Below, piece by piece: positions 31,590-40,941 of a stretch of 64,000 nucleotides of DNA. The notes under the pieces are model-generated. The model had not been told where the DNA came from and did not search any database. It saw only the letters and a list, made by a program, of their open reading frames with translations. The position numbers and the translations under genes were made by a program. The stretch is from NCBI GenBank assembly GCA_001798885.1, contig MGQW01000008.1:1146-65145 (forward strand), written 5' to 3'. Each line of letters opens with the position of its first letter. Position 1 is the first letter of the stretch. Source of the stretch: Deltaproteobacteria bacterium RBG_16_64_85. GTDB taxonomy: Bacteria; Desulfobacterota; Deferrimicrobia; Deferrimicrobiales; Deferrimicrobiaceae.

Positions 31590-31621
31590 GCTTTAAAAAC
31601 AACGTTTGATATGGGCACCGT

Positions 31622-32473
31622 GTGAACGCATCCAGTGGATTCTCCTTTCTTGCTCCCGCCAAGCTCAATATTTCCATGAAAGTGTTCGGCAAGCGTCCCG
31701 ACGGGTTTCACCACATACGGTCGGTCATGGTCCCCGTATCCCTCCATGACGAGGTCATTGTGGAGGAGACGGATGCGGGAATCCAGGTAGAGACCGACGA
31801 CCCTGTTGTCCCTACCGACAGTGCGAACACCTGCCATCGCGCGGCCGCGCTGTTCATGAATTGGGCGGGTGCACCAAAAGGAGTCCGGATACGAATCCGG
31901 AAGAGGATTCCGGCCGAGGCGGGCCTGGGGGGCGGCAGCTCGGACGCCGCCGCGACCTTCAAGGGGCTGATGGCCCTCACGGGGCGAATTCCCGAGCGGG
32001 AAACGCTCCTGGGGATGGCGGCCCGGGTCGGGGCGGATGTCCCCTTCTTCACGCTGGGAGCACCGGCGATGGCGGAAGGCATCGGCGAACGCCTTACGCC
32101 GGTCGAGTGGGGCGTCCCGTTCCACGCGCTGATCGTCAAGCCGCCGTTCGGGCTTTCCACGAGGGAAGGGTACGCAAATCTTCGGCGCGGAACGGGAGAT
32201 CCCCCGGTGGCGGCGGAAATTCCCGCCTTCCGGACCTGGGAGGATCTGGTTCCCGCCGTCAACAACGACTTCGAGAGTGCGTGGGAGGGCGTCCGGCCGG
32301 AGATCCGTGCGATCAAGGGGGAGCTGTTGTCCGCCGGCGCCAGGGCGGCGGGGCTGTGCGGCAGCGGCTCGGCGGTATTCGGGCTGTTCGAGAGCGCGGA
32401 AGGCGTGCGCGGTGCGCGGGGGATGCTTTCGCTGGAAGACGGGCGGAAGCTGTTGGTCGCCCGAAACATCTGA
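31622..32473 (+). CDS. ispE: 4-diphosphocytidyl-2-C-methyl-D-erythritol kinase
   Basis: GHMP kinase motifs; N-terminus FLAPAKLNISMKVFGKRPDGFHHI typical of IspE; GTG start. Confidence 0.85.
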   Translation: MNASSGFSFLAPAKLNISMKVFGKRPDGFHHIRSVMVPVSLHDEVIVEETDAGIQVETDDPVVPTDSANTCHRAAALFMNWAGAPKGVRIRIRKRIPAEAGLGGGSSDAAATFKGLMALTGRIPERETLLGMAARVGADVPFFTLGAPAMAEGIGERLTPVEWGVPFHALIVKPPFGLSTREGYANLRRGTGDPPVAAEIPAFRTWEDLVPAVNNDFESAWEGVRPEIRAIKGELLSAGARAAGLCGSGSAVFGLFESAEGVRGARGMLSLEDGRKLLVARNI

Positions 32474-32494
32474 GGAAGGGGAAGGAGGGGGGAG

Positions 32495-32779
32495 ATGGAA
32501 ATCACCGAGGTCAAGGTTTATCCGGTGTCCGGCAACGAGAAGCTCAAAGGGTATGCGACGATCATTTTCGACAACTGCTTCGTGGTGCGGGACCTGAAGA
32601 TCATCGACGGCAACAGCGGGCTGTTCATCGCGATGCCCAGCAAGAAGAAAAAGGACGGCACCTACCGGGACACTGCCCACCCGCTCAACAACGAGACCCG
32701 CGACAGAATCGAGAATGCAGTCCTTTCGGAGTACGAACTCGAGATGCGCAAGCTTGACGGCATGGTGGCAGCCCGATAA
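32495..32779 (+). CDS. spoVG: Septation protein SpoVG
   Basis: MEITEVKVYPVSGNEKLKGYATIIFDNCFVVRDLKIIDGNSGLFIAMPS matches SpoVG almost motif for motif. Confidence 0.9.
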   Translation: MEITEVKVYPVSGNEKLKGYATIIFDNCFVVRDLKIIDGNSGLFIAMPSKKKKDGTYRDTAHPLNNETRDRIENAVLSEYELEMRKLDGMVAAR

Positions 32780-32866
32780 GATTCTCCGGAGCCGTCCACC
32801 GGACAGCCTGCGTGAGCCCCCTCACCGGGGGGAGATGACGGTCGACTCCTCCGGATGGCTTTGCGC

Positions 32867-32937
32867 TGGGAGGTCGTCTAACGGCAGGACAGGGGCCTTT
32901 GGAGCCTCTAATGAAGGTTCGACCCCTTCCCTCCCAG
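32867..32937 (+). tRNA. tRNA-Gln (anticodon UUG); 3' CCA not encoded
   Basis: Hand-folded cloverleaf: U1-A72 acceptor pair, U8, A14, G18G19, A21, U33, anticodon TTG, TTCGA T-loop, G73 discriminator; acceptor TGGGAGG/CCTCCCA. Confidence 0.65.
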
Positions 32938-33090
32938 CCCTCTTTCCCCGAATGCCTTCCCGCGCCCGGTGCGCATCTTCTCGCGGCCCCCGCTAAAGTT
33001 CTTCTCCAGGCCCGTCGATACCTCTTATAGGGAACGACGGAATGAAGGAGTTCAGGGACGGTTGGTTTGACTCGAAGGGGATGAAACGCA

Positions 33091-34578
33091 TTGTCCGACG
33101 TTGAACCGAAAGAGACCCGGCCGGCGAATACCGGCCCGAAGACCGAAACGCTGGCAAGGAAGTTCATCGTCGCGTTCTCGGCGATGTTCATCATCCCTCT
33201 TCTCCTAGCGATCTACCTGTTCACCGAATACGCCCCCGCCTGGATCAAAGACACGACCCAGATCGTGGCGCTGGTCGCCTTCGTGCTCCTGCTCGGGATT
33301 GCGGGTTTTTTCGTGACCCGGTCTGTCATCCATACCCTCCTGCGCACGGCAAAAGACGCCGCGGCGATCGCGGAGGGGGACATCACCCGCCGGCTGAACA
33401 CCAACATGGCGTCCGAGATCAGCGAGCTCGCGAAGAACTTCAACCGGATCACCAGCCGGCTCCAGCAGACGGTCGACAACCTCCAGGCCTCCAAGAAGCA
33501 GATGCAAACCTTACTCGCGCAGGTCTGTGCCAGCACCGGCCAGCCCCACGACATGTCGGACATGTTCAACGTGTTCCTGAACACGCTGCTCTCCCTGGCC
33601 GGGCTCAATGTCGGGGCGATTTTTCTTGTGTCTTCCGACGGGAAGGCGTTGAGGGTGCGCGTCTCGGCGGGGCTGAGCGAGAAAATGAAGTCCACTGTGA
33701 TCCCGATGGGGGAAGGGGTCGTTGGATGGGTCGCCTCCCATGGACAGATGGTGACCACCTCGGAGTCGATGCCGTGGGGGAGGCCGGGGGGTCTCACGGA
33801 GCTCGAAAAGAGCATGCCGTGGGCGATCCACGTTCCCATGGGCGCCGCCGGAAAGACCCGCGGCGTCATCAGTATCGGGCTCCGGGAAGGTCAAAAGGAG
33901 ATCACGGGGGACGACCTGCTGATGATCCAGAACCTGGCCACCCAGGTGGCGGTCGCCTTGGAGAACGCGGATCTGAAGAGCCGAATGGAGATGACGTACG
34001 TCGAGACGGTCGCGGCGCTGGCGACGGCGGTGGAAGCGCGCGACAAGTACACGAGGGGCCACTCCAAGCGCGTGACGGAGTTTTCCGTGGAGATCGCCTG
34101 GAAGCTGAACCTTACCGAGTGGTTCGTGAAGGACCTGGAATCGGCGGCGCTCCTCCACGACATCGGCAAGATCGGGATGCCGGACCATATCCTCCACAAC
34201 AGGGGGGCGCTCCCTCCGGACGGGGTCTCGATCGTCCTCGGCCACCCCATCGGGGGCGAGAATATCCTGAGGCCGGTCGGCTCCCTCGCACGCCTCTGCC
34301 CGATCGTACGTCACCACCACGAGCGGTACGACGGGAAAGGGTACCCGGACGGCCTGAAGGGTGAGGAGATCCCCTTGGCCGCGCGCATCCTCTCGGTCGC
34401 AGACTGCTTCGACGCGATGATCTCGGCCCGTGCCTACAAGCCGTCCCGGACCCGGGAAGACGCCATGGAAGAACTGATCCGCTGCAGGGAGACCCAGTTC
34501 GACCCGCAGTGCGTGGACGCCTTCATCGCCTACCTGAATGAGAACCCCGAAGTGGGCATTCTCGCCCCGGCCTGCTGA
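33091..34578 (+). CDS. Membrane-anchored HAMP-GAF-HD-GYP protein (putative c-di-GMP phosphodiesterase)
   Basis: TM helix, HAMP-like linker, GAF region, HD domain with HHERYDGKGYP (HD-GYP) motif; TTG start. Confidence 0.8.
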   Translation: MSDVEPKETRPANTGPKTETLARKFIVAFSAMFIIPLLLAIYLFTEYAPAWIKDTTQIVALVAFVLLLGIAGFFVTRSVIHTLLRTAKDAAAIAEGDITRRLNTNMASEISELAKNFNRITSRLQQTVDNLQASKKQMQTLLAQVCASTGQPHDMSDMFNVFLNTLLSLAGLNVGAIFLVSSDGKALRVRVSAGLSEKMKSTVIPMGEGVVGWVASHGQMVTTSESMPWGRPGGLTELEKSMPWAIHVPMGAAGKTRGVISIGLREGQKEITGDDLLMIQNLATQVAVALENADLKSRMEMTYVETVAALATAVEARDKYTRGHSKRVTEFSVEIAWKLNLTEWFVKDLESAALLHDIGKIGMPDHILHNRGALPPDGVSIVLGHPIGGENILRPVGSLARLCPIVRHHHERYDGKGYPDGLKGEEIPLAARILSVADCFDAMISARAYKPSRTREDAMEELIRCRETQFDPQCVDAFIAYLNENPEVGILAPAC

Positions 34579-34774
34579 TCTCCATCGGTCCCTTTTACTT
34601 CCAGGAGGGAGAACGGACTTCCACTATCGATCCGCCGATTGGATGGGGGGTCCTGGGGGAGATTTTCCTCCGATCGTCGTATAATTATCCTGCGTTGCCG
34701 CCGTCAGGCAATTTCACGGCCCGCGGCGGAATGCAGAGATCCGGTGAGAAAAAAACCTACCTGGAGGAAGAGGA

Positions 34775-34966
34775 ATGGCCAGAATCCCCTATGTGGTGAA
34801 GGAAGAATGCACCTGCTGCGGCGTCTGTGTGGACACCCTCCCCACCGTATTCCAGCTCGACGACGAGACGAAGGCCGAAGTGTTCGATCCGGCAGGGGAC
34901 ACCGAGCAGGCGATCCAGGAAGCGATGGACCTGTGCCCCGTGGCGTGCATCCTCTGGAAGGAATAG
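34775..34966 (+). CDS. Small single-cluster [3Fe-4S]/[4Fe-4S] ferredoxin
   Basis: 63 aa with CTCCGVC ... CP motif; GGAGGAAGAGG RBS. Confidence 0.7.
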   Translation: MARIPYVVKEECTCCGVCVDTLPTVFQLDDETKAEVFDPAGDTEQAIQEAMDLCPVACILWKE

Positions 34967-35039
34967 CCGCAACGTCGGATCCCTCCATGGAATGATCCCC
35001 TGAATGATCCCCGTTTGTCGATCGTCAAAACGGGAGAGG

Positions 35040-35774
35040 AAAATGCGTGGCGCGAAACGGCATAACCGGATCTCCCTGCGGGGTCTCCTCGTATTTCTCC
35101 TCCTCGTGGGGGGGTGCGCGGGCAGGAAGAGCGCCGTTCGAGAGCCCGAGGCGCCTCTCCCGCCTGCGGGGCCGAAAGTTGCGGTTGCGCCCATGGAAAA
35201 CCGGAGCAACGACCTGGACGCCTCCGAAATCATCCGGGGCGCCTTTGTCGAGCAGATCGCGCGGCAGGGGTGGAATGTGATGCCCGTTGCGGAGAGCGAC
35301 CGCCTGCTGCGGGAGAGCCTGGGGATCAGCTATGGGGGGCAGCTGAAAGCATCCACGCCGGAGGAGGTCTGCCGGGCGCTCAAGGTGGAGGGGGTGTTCT
35401 ACGGGGAAGTCCAGGAGTGGAACAAGACGACGATCGGGCTCTACAACAGCCTGTCCGTCATCGCGGCCTTCAAACTTTACCGGACCGACGGCGCCCTGGC
35501 ATGGGAGGAGAGCGACCGCCAGTTCCAGATGCATATGCCGCGCGGCGGAGGCAGGGAGATCGGCGGCGAGATCATCGGCCACGCACTCGCGAACCTGCTG
35601 CTGAAACCGATGACGCCCGTTGGAAAGACGGTAGGCCGGAATCTCGCGGTGAAACTGCCCGCTGGCGCCCTCATAAAAGCCGAAATCCCCTGTCATAAGG
35701 ACAATTCCGTCCCGCCGGGGGGGCTGCCTGACAATACGAGTATCACCGGAGAAGACACAGGAGGGTCCAAATGA
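35040..35774 (+). CDS. DUF799/GNA1162-like lipoprotein
   Basis: Lipobox LVGGC; KVAVAPMENRSND pattern of the LpoB/CsgG/DUF799 fold family; start at MRGAK with GGGAGAGG RBS, preferred over ORF start 35004. Confidence 0.45.
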   Translation, partial: KMRGAKRHNRISLRGLLVFLLLVGGCAGRKSAVREPEAPLPPAGPKVAVAPMENRSNDLDASEIIRGAFVEQIARQGWNVMPVAESDRLLRESLGISYGGQLKASTPEEVCRALKVEGVFYGEVQEWNKTTIGLYNSLSVIAAFKLYRTDGALAWEESDRQFQMHMPRGGGREIGGEIIGHALANLLLKPMTPVGKTVGRNLAVKLPAGALIKAEIPCHKDNSVPPGGLPDNTSITGEDTGGSK

Positions 35775-36733
35775 AGAGAATCTTTCTGGGAATTCTGTCG
35801 CTTACGGCGGCCTTCGCGGTCGCCGGGTGCGCCACCTCGCCCCCCATCACCGGGCCGGCGGACCGGGCGTCCGCTCCTGCCGCTACCCTTCGCCGCGCCG
35901 AGGCGCCTCCTGGGGCCATCGTGACGAAAGGCCCCAAAAAACGGGTCGCCGTCATCAAGTTCCAGGACAAGAGCCCTTACGGACGCGGCCGACTGGGCGG
36001 GGCGGTCCAGGACATCCTGATCACCGAGCTGTCGAAGTCCGGTCTGTTCATCCTGGTGTCGCGCGGCGCCGACATGGACCTGATCCTGGACGAGCAGGAC
36101 CTCGCCAAGTCCGGCACGATCAAGGCAGGAACCGGCGCGAAGTCCGGGGAGATCCTCGGGTTGAACGCCATCGTAACAGGCGTGATTTCACAGTTCGGAG
36201 TGAAGCAGAAGTCAGCCACTTACCTTGTCGGGGCGAGCAAGACGCAGACGGCGGAGGCGACCGTCGACGTGCGGCTCATCGACGCCACGACCGGCCAGGT
36301 CGTCTTTGCCGACAGCGGGAACGGCGTGTATGAGGAGAGCTCGACCCAGGTCCTCGGCATGGGCGGGACCAAGGGGTACGACGAGACCCTGGAAGGGAAG
36401 GCGCTCCGCGCCGCGATCTCCAAGTTCATCGATAACCTGATCCAGCGGATGGAGGCGATGGAGTGGAGCGGGAAAGTCGCTGCCGTCGATGCGGAGGAGA
36501 TCACCGTCAACGCCGGGCGGAAGACGGGGCTTGCCGTCGGCGACCGGCTGCGGGTGTTCGGAGAGGGACGCGAGGTGATCGACCCCGACACGAAGGTGTC
36601 CCTGGGGCGCAAGCCGGGCCAGGAGAAGGGAGAGATCACCGTGACCGACTTCTTCGGGGAGGATGCGGCGGTGTGCCGGCGGGATCGCGGCGAGGGGATC
36701 GCCGTCAACGACATCGTGAAGCTGGCGAGATAG
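35771..36733 (+). CDS. CsgG/HfaB-family lipoprotein (curli-type secretion channel-like) with an extra C-terminal beta-rich domain
   Basis: Lipobox AVAGC; RVAVIKFQDKS...LGGAVQDILITELSKSGLFILVSRG...LDEQDL matches the CsgG N-terminal signature; ATG overlaps the upstream stop. Confidence 0.6.
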   Translation: MKRIFLGILSLTAAFAVAGCATSPPITGPADRASAPAATLRRAEAPPGAIVTKGPKKRVAVIKFQDKSPYGRGRLGGAVQDILITELSKSGLFILVSRGADMDLILDEQDLAKSGTIKAGTGAKSGEILGLNAIVTGVISQFGVKQKSATYLVGASKTQTAEATVDVRLIDATTGQVVFADSGNGVYEESSTQVLGMGGTKGYDETLEGKALRAAISKFIDNLIQRMEAMEWSGKVAAVDAEEITVNAGRKTGLAVGDRLRVFGEGREVIDPDTKVSLGRKPGQEKGEITVTDFFGEDAAVCRRDRGEGIAVNDIVKLAR

Positions 36734-36743
36734 GAGGCGCACT

Positions 36744-37061
36744 ATGAGAAGGATCCTTTTTCCCGTATTCGGCCTGCTGACGATCGCCCTCCTTGCCGGC
36801 TGCTACCCCAGGGGGCAGATTTACGGCGTGGGCAACGAGGGGGGACTGATCTTCGCGGTGAACCCACCGGACGCCGAGGTCGTGCTGGATGGCGTCATCC
36901 AGGGAAAGGCTTCGGAGTTCACCGAGGAGAGGTATCTCAAAGTGGCCAGTGGAACCCACAAGCTGGAGATTCGGCTCGCCGGCTTCGAGACGTACAACCG
37001 GGAACTCTACGTGTCGAATTCCCTGCTGCGGATCGAAACGACGCTGGTCCGGAAAGAGTAA
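36744..37061 (+). CDS. PEGA-domain-like lipoprotein
   Basis: Lipobox LLAGC; NPPDAEVVLDG...GTHKLEIRLAGFETY resembles a PEGA domain. Confidence 0.45.
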   Translation: MRRILFPVFGLLTIALLAGCYPRGQIYGVGNEGGLIFAVNPPDAEVVLDGVIQGKASEFTEERYLKVASGTHKLEIRLAGFETYNRELYVSNSLLRIETTLVRKE

Positions 37062-37071
37062 AGGGAAAATC

Positions 37072-37179
37072 GGGGACGTTCTTGAACTTTTGGAAAAGTT
37101 GGGGACGTTCTTGAACTTTTACAACATCCCTTCATAAAAAGTTCAAGAACGTCCCCAACTTTATTACAAGAACGTCCCC
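37072..37179. repeat. Cluster of four copies of a 20-nt motif GGGGACGTTCTTGAACTTTT (two direct, then two inverted) filling the gap between convergent genes
   Basis: Copies at 37072-37091 and 37101-37120; reverse complement AAAAAGTTCAAGAACGTCCCC at 37136-37156; partial CAAGAACGTCCCC at 37167-37179; same family recurs at 48.9 kb. Confidence 0.7.
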
Positions 37180-37194
37180 AATATCAAACGCCCT

Positions 37195-38547
37195 TTACTT
37201 TTTCCGGACGGCTCCCCACCAGGCCTTGAGACGATCCGAGATCGTCTTTTCGTAGCCCGCTTCCGAGGGCTCGTAATATTTGCGCCGGCCGAGCGTCTCG
37301 GGGAAGTAGTTCTCCGGGACGAAGGCCTCCGCGAAGTCGTGGGGGTACTGGTACTTCTCGCCGTATCCCAGCTCCTTCATCAGGCGGGTGGGGGCGTTGC
37401 GCAGGTGCATCGGCACCGGGTGGCTCCCCCCGCCCTGCACGTCCTTCATGGCACGGCCGAACGCCGTGTAGACCCGGTTGCTCTTGGGCGCGGTGGCGAG
37501 ATAGACGACCGCCTGGGCCAGTGCCAGCTCGCCTTCGGGGCTCCCCAGCGTGCGGTACGCCTCTGCCGCCGCAAGGGTGAGCTGGAGGGCTCCCGGGGCC
37601 GCATTCCCGACGTCCTCCGACGCGAAGCGGATCATCCGGCGGGCGATGTAGAGGGGGTCCTCGCCCGCCGAAAGCATCCGCGCCAGCCAGTAGAGGGCGG
37701 CGTCGGGGTCGGACCCCCGCAGGCTCTTGTGGAATGCCGAGATGAGATTGTAGTGCTCCTCCCCGTCCTTGTCATAGAGCAGCGCCTTCCTCCGGAGCGC
37801 CTCCTCGGCCACGGGCACGTCGACCTGCTCGAGGTTCCGGTGCTCCGCGATCGCTACCGCTGCCTCCAGCGCGTTCAGGGCGACGCGCGCGTCCCCGTCC
37901 GAGATCTCCACGATGTGCCGTAGGGCGTCGGGGGAGAGGAACGATTCCTTCTTTCCCAGTCCCCTTTCCGCTTCGGTCAATGCCCGCCGCGCGATGATTT
38001 CCACCTCGGCCGGAGCCAGGGGAGTGAGGACGAGAACGCGACAACGGGAAAGAAGCGCGTTGCGGATCTCGAACGAAGGATTCTCCGTCGTGGTTCCGAA
38101 GAGAGTGACGGTGCCGTCCTCGACGAATGGGAGCAGCGCGTCCTGCTGGGCCTTGTTGAACCGGTGGATCTCGTCGATGAAGAGGATCGCGGGTCGGCCC
38201 GCGGAGCGTCCGCTCCGTTTCAACTCGGAGAGCGCGTCCTTGATTTCCTTGATCCCGGAGAGGACGGCCGAATAGGGGAGAAAGACCGCCTTCGTCTCCG
38301 TGGCGATGATCCGGGCGAGCGTCGTCTTCCCCGATCCGGGGGGGCCCCAGAAGATCAGCGAGGGAAGGGGACGGGCCGAGAGCACAGAGGAGAGGAACCT
38401 CCCCTCCCCCAGGATCTCCTCCTGCCCGACGAATTCGAGGAGCGTCCTGGGGCGCATCCGGTCGGCAAGGGGAGCGCGGGGCGGCTGCGCGCCGGGAAAC
38501 AGCGAAAATGGCGGCCGGGGCTCGGTCATGGGCTTTCTCTTTTTCAT
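37195..38547 (-). CDS. rarA: Replication-associated recombination protein A (RarA/MgsA AAA+ ATPase)
   Basis: Walker A GPPGSGKTT, LFIDEIHRFNK, and the C-terminal MgsA helical domain. Confidence 0.9.
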   Translation of the reverse strand: MKKRKPMTEPRPPFSLFPGAQPPRAPLADRMRPRTLLEFVGQEEILGEGRFLSSVLSARPLPSLIFWGPPGSGKTTLARIIATETKAVFLPYSAVLSGIKEIKDALSELKRSGRSAGRPAILFIDEIHRFNKAQQDALLPFVEDGTVTLFGTTTENPSFEIRNALLSRCRVLVLTPLAPAEVEIIARRALTEAERGLGKKESFLSPDALRHIVEISDGDARVALNALEAAVAIAEHRNLEQVDVPVAEEALRRKALLYDKDGEEHYNLISAFHKSLRGSDPDAALYWLARMLSAGEDPLYIARRMIRFASEDVGNAAPGALQLTLAAAEAYRTLGSPEGELALAQAVVYLATAPKSNRVYTAFGRAMKDVQGGGSHPVPMHLRNAPTRLMKELGYGEKYQYPHDFAEAFVPENYFPETLGRRKYYEPSEAGYEKTISDRLKAWWGAVRKK

Positions 38548-38860
38548 TATATTCCGGATTGTCGGAAGTGGCGATGCAGGCGATGTCGGAGCATGATTAC
38601 CCCGGCGACGTTTCGTATTTACAACGTATTTGCAAAGCGGGTGAAATCAGGAGCCGCCGGACTCTCCGCGAATTAGAAAAGATCGCGATTGAAAGTGCCC
38701 TCGGAAAAATTTAAACTGCCTCCGGGAACATGCCGGGGAATTGGGACGCATCTTGGAGATGGATGCGAGCGATATCTTTCCGGTAGTGCAGTCAGCTCGC
38801 CGGCAGAAATCGGATCAGGATATGATTCCGTTGAAAATTCAGAACCATTAAGGGGAGTCT

Positions 38861-39910
38861 ATGAAAAAAGCGCTGACCGTCCATCTGGTTCTGGTGGGTT
38901 TGTTTGTCATCGGATTACAGGGAAAGGGATTCTGTCAGGAGCCAAGGAAAGACTGCTTTTTCTTCTCCAGTCTCCATTATACCGCGAAAGGGATGGCTTA
39001 TTGGTACGACAAGACCAATGGTGGATTGGAAATCCTTACAGGTGTCCCTTATTCAAACCTCGGGTGTAAGAATTGCCATACCCCGGGGTGTGATCGGTGC
39101 CATAAAGTTGAAAAGGATGGGAAAGCAGCCTATTCCACCAAAGCAGCAAAGAAACAAGAGATGTGTCTTGAATGCCATGCCCGTGAGCAGGCGATCCTTA
39201 AAATTGACAGGGCATCGAAACAGGAGGATGTCCATTTTGCTCTGGGAATGGCTTGTATGGACTGTCATTCCCAAAGAGAGGTGCATGGGGATGGGATCGA
39301 ATATGTCTCCATGAAACAAACTGGGGCCATGGATACAAAATGCGAGAAATGCCATAACTCCACCAAACCAACCGATTCTCATGCTGTACATAAGGAAAAA
39401 CTGGATTGTAAATCATGCCATGTTCGACATGTCGTCAGTTGTACGAATTGTCACTTTGAAACCCTTGTCAAAGAAGGAAAGCGTGTCTCCATTCCGGTTT
39501 CCGGATGGGTATTCCTCATGAACTACGGCGGAAAGGTAACTTCGGCGAACATGCAGACCTTCTTGGTAAAAGGCGACAAGACATTTTTCATGTTTGCCCC
39601 GCAGATGAGTCACTCTGTGATGAAAATGGGCAGGAAATGTGAAGATTGTCACGGCACAGAAACCATGAGACAGGTTCAGAAGGGGAATGTTTCTTTAACC
39701 TGGCTTGAAGAAGGAAAAGTAATGAATTTAAAGGGGGTTATTCCGGTAGTGGATGGAGTGGACTACCAATGTGTCTATCAAGATTTCAAGGAAGGAAAAT
39801 GGATTCCGATCAAAAATCCTTCCAAACCGATTTATCATTATCCCGCATTTGGTAAACCTCTTACGAAAGAACAACTCGATAAGCTTGCGGAGCGTATGGG
39901 GAGAAAGTAA
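38861..39910 (+). CDS. Secreted octaheme c-type cytochrome
   Basis: Signal peptide plus eight CxxCH motifs (CKNCH, CDRCH, CLECH, CMDCH, CEKCH, CKSCH, CTNCH, CEDCH); markedly lower G+C and A/T-rich codon choice than flanking genes. Confidence 0.85.
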   Translation: MKKALTVHLVLVGLFVIGLQGKGFCQEPRKDCFFFSSLHYTAKGMAYWYDKTNGGLEILTGVPYSNLGCKNCHTPGCDRCHKVEKDGKAAYSTKAAKKQEMCLECHAREQAILKIDRASKQEDVHFALGMACMDCHSQREVHGDGIEYVSMKQTGAMDTKCEKCHNSTKPTDSHAVHKEKLDCKSCHVRHVVSCTNCHFETLVKEGKRVSIPVSGWVFLMNYGGKVTSANMQTFLVKGDKTFFMFAPQMSHSVMKMGRKCEDCHGTETMRQVQKGNVSLTWLEEGKVMNLKGVIPVVDGVDYQCVYQDFKEGKWIPIKNPSKPIYHYPAFGKPLTKEQLDKLAERMGRK

Positions 39911-40000
39911 CCGAAGACACACGATTTAACAATGCGTCATTGTCCGCGGAAAGGAAAGTATTCAGGCCTCGTGGAGATCGTGCGGGCCCGGAACGGAATG

Positions 40001-40028
40001 GACCGGTTCATCCTGTGACCGGTTCATC
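40001..40028. repeat. Tandem direct repeat GACCGGTTCATC-N4-GACCGGTTCATC
   Basis: Two exact 12-mers 4 nt apart, between the convergent cytochrome and OsmC-like genes. Confidence 0.3.
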
Positions 40029-40045
40029 GGGACCCTTTCACGCAC

Positions 40046-40480
40046 CTATCGAAAGAACCCCTCGACCATGACCTTTGTCTTTATCGAATTGGAAATCAGA
40101 CAGTTGGCTTCCACCTTGGCCATTATCTCTTTGGCCTTTCCGGCATCCTCACTGTTCTTCAAGGTCACCTTCGGTCTCAGCGTGACCGAAGTCACCTGAA
40201 ACTTGCCGTCAACCAGTTCCAGGCGGCCTTCGGCATCGCACTCGTAGTCCGTAAAGGACAAGCCAGCCCGTTCGGCAAAAGCCAGAAACGTAGACAGGAC
40301 ACAAACATTCACAGAGGCAACATACAGATCCTCCGGTGACCAAATGCCCTCGTGCCCCTTGAACTCCGGCGGAGTCGCCACCTGGATGTCGGGTTTCCCC
40401 GGCGACGAGGCCACTCCCATCTTTTGCCCGGTCCATTTCACCGCCGTACGATAGGAGTAGACTTTGCCACGGACTTCCAT
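40046..40480 (-). CDS. OsmC/Ohr-family peroxiredoxin-like protein
   Basis: About 140 aa with the OsmC fold pattern (...ASVNVCVLSTFLAFAER...EANCLISNSIK); the second ATG after GGGAGG is chosen as start; ORF track extends to 40600. Confidence 0.7.
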   Translation of the reverse strand: MEVRGKVYSYRTAVKWTGQKMGVASSPGKPDIQVATPPEFKGHEGIWSPEDLYVASVNVCVLSTFLAFAERAGLSFTDYECDAEGRLELVDGKFQVTSVTLRPKVTLKNSEDAGKAKEIMAKVEANCLISNSIKTKVMVEGFFR

Positions 40481-40734
40481 TTTCATACCTCCCGTCGTAT
40501 CTGTCCAAAACAGGTCTTTTCTAAAATGGAATGGTGCGTCGGCGTTCCTTCCACTCCGGTCTTCTTTTTCCCAGGAATGCCTGCACCCCTTCCACGGCAT
40601 CTTCCTTGGCGCAGAGGGTGGCGAACAGATGGATCGTCAGGCACAACGCGATTCACCAGACCGTGTTTTTCGGTCGCCATCCTTCCTTCTTCGAGAGCTC
40701 AAGGGAACCGTCGTCCCCCTCTTTACACGATTCC

Positions 40735-40941
40735 TCATTCCTCGATCTCTACGACATCTGGAACATATCCAGTCCCGCCGCCACCGCAGCTGGTCTGGCC
40801 GCCCATCTCGGCATCGATAAGATCCGCAAGGAGGCGGGCATGATCGACCAAACTACGTTTGCAGTAGAGGGGGTCGGGCAATCCGGCTGTCGCAATATCA
40901 TCCTTGGTGGTGGTCTCCGTAACGACGAACCTGGAACTCAT
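40735..40941 (-). CDS. Small hypothetical protein (about 68 aa, 3 Cys)
   Basis: ORF 40735..41010 trimmed to MSSRFVV...; no recognisable family; lies in the lower-GC island. Confidence 0.2.
   Translation of the reverse strand: MSSRFVVTETTTKDDIATAGLPDPLYCKRSLVDHARLLADLIDAEMGGQTSCGGGGTGYVPDVVEIEE

Noticed and set aside
37072-37179. Possible CRISPR array, because of two direct repeat copies
   Set aside because: Only two direct copies separated by a 9-nt spacer, followed by inverted copies. No cas genes are present and the same motif occurs as a pure palindrome at 48.9 kb. It is a palindromic intergenic repeat, not CRISPR.
38508-38714. 68-aa plus-strand ORF with a faint HTH-like tail (..RRTLRELEKIAIESALGKI)
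   Set aside because: It overlaps the rarA start region on the opposite strand and has no RBS. It is probably spurious, though it lies at the edge of the lower-GC island.
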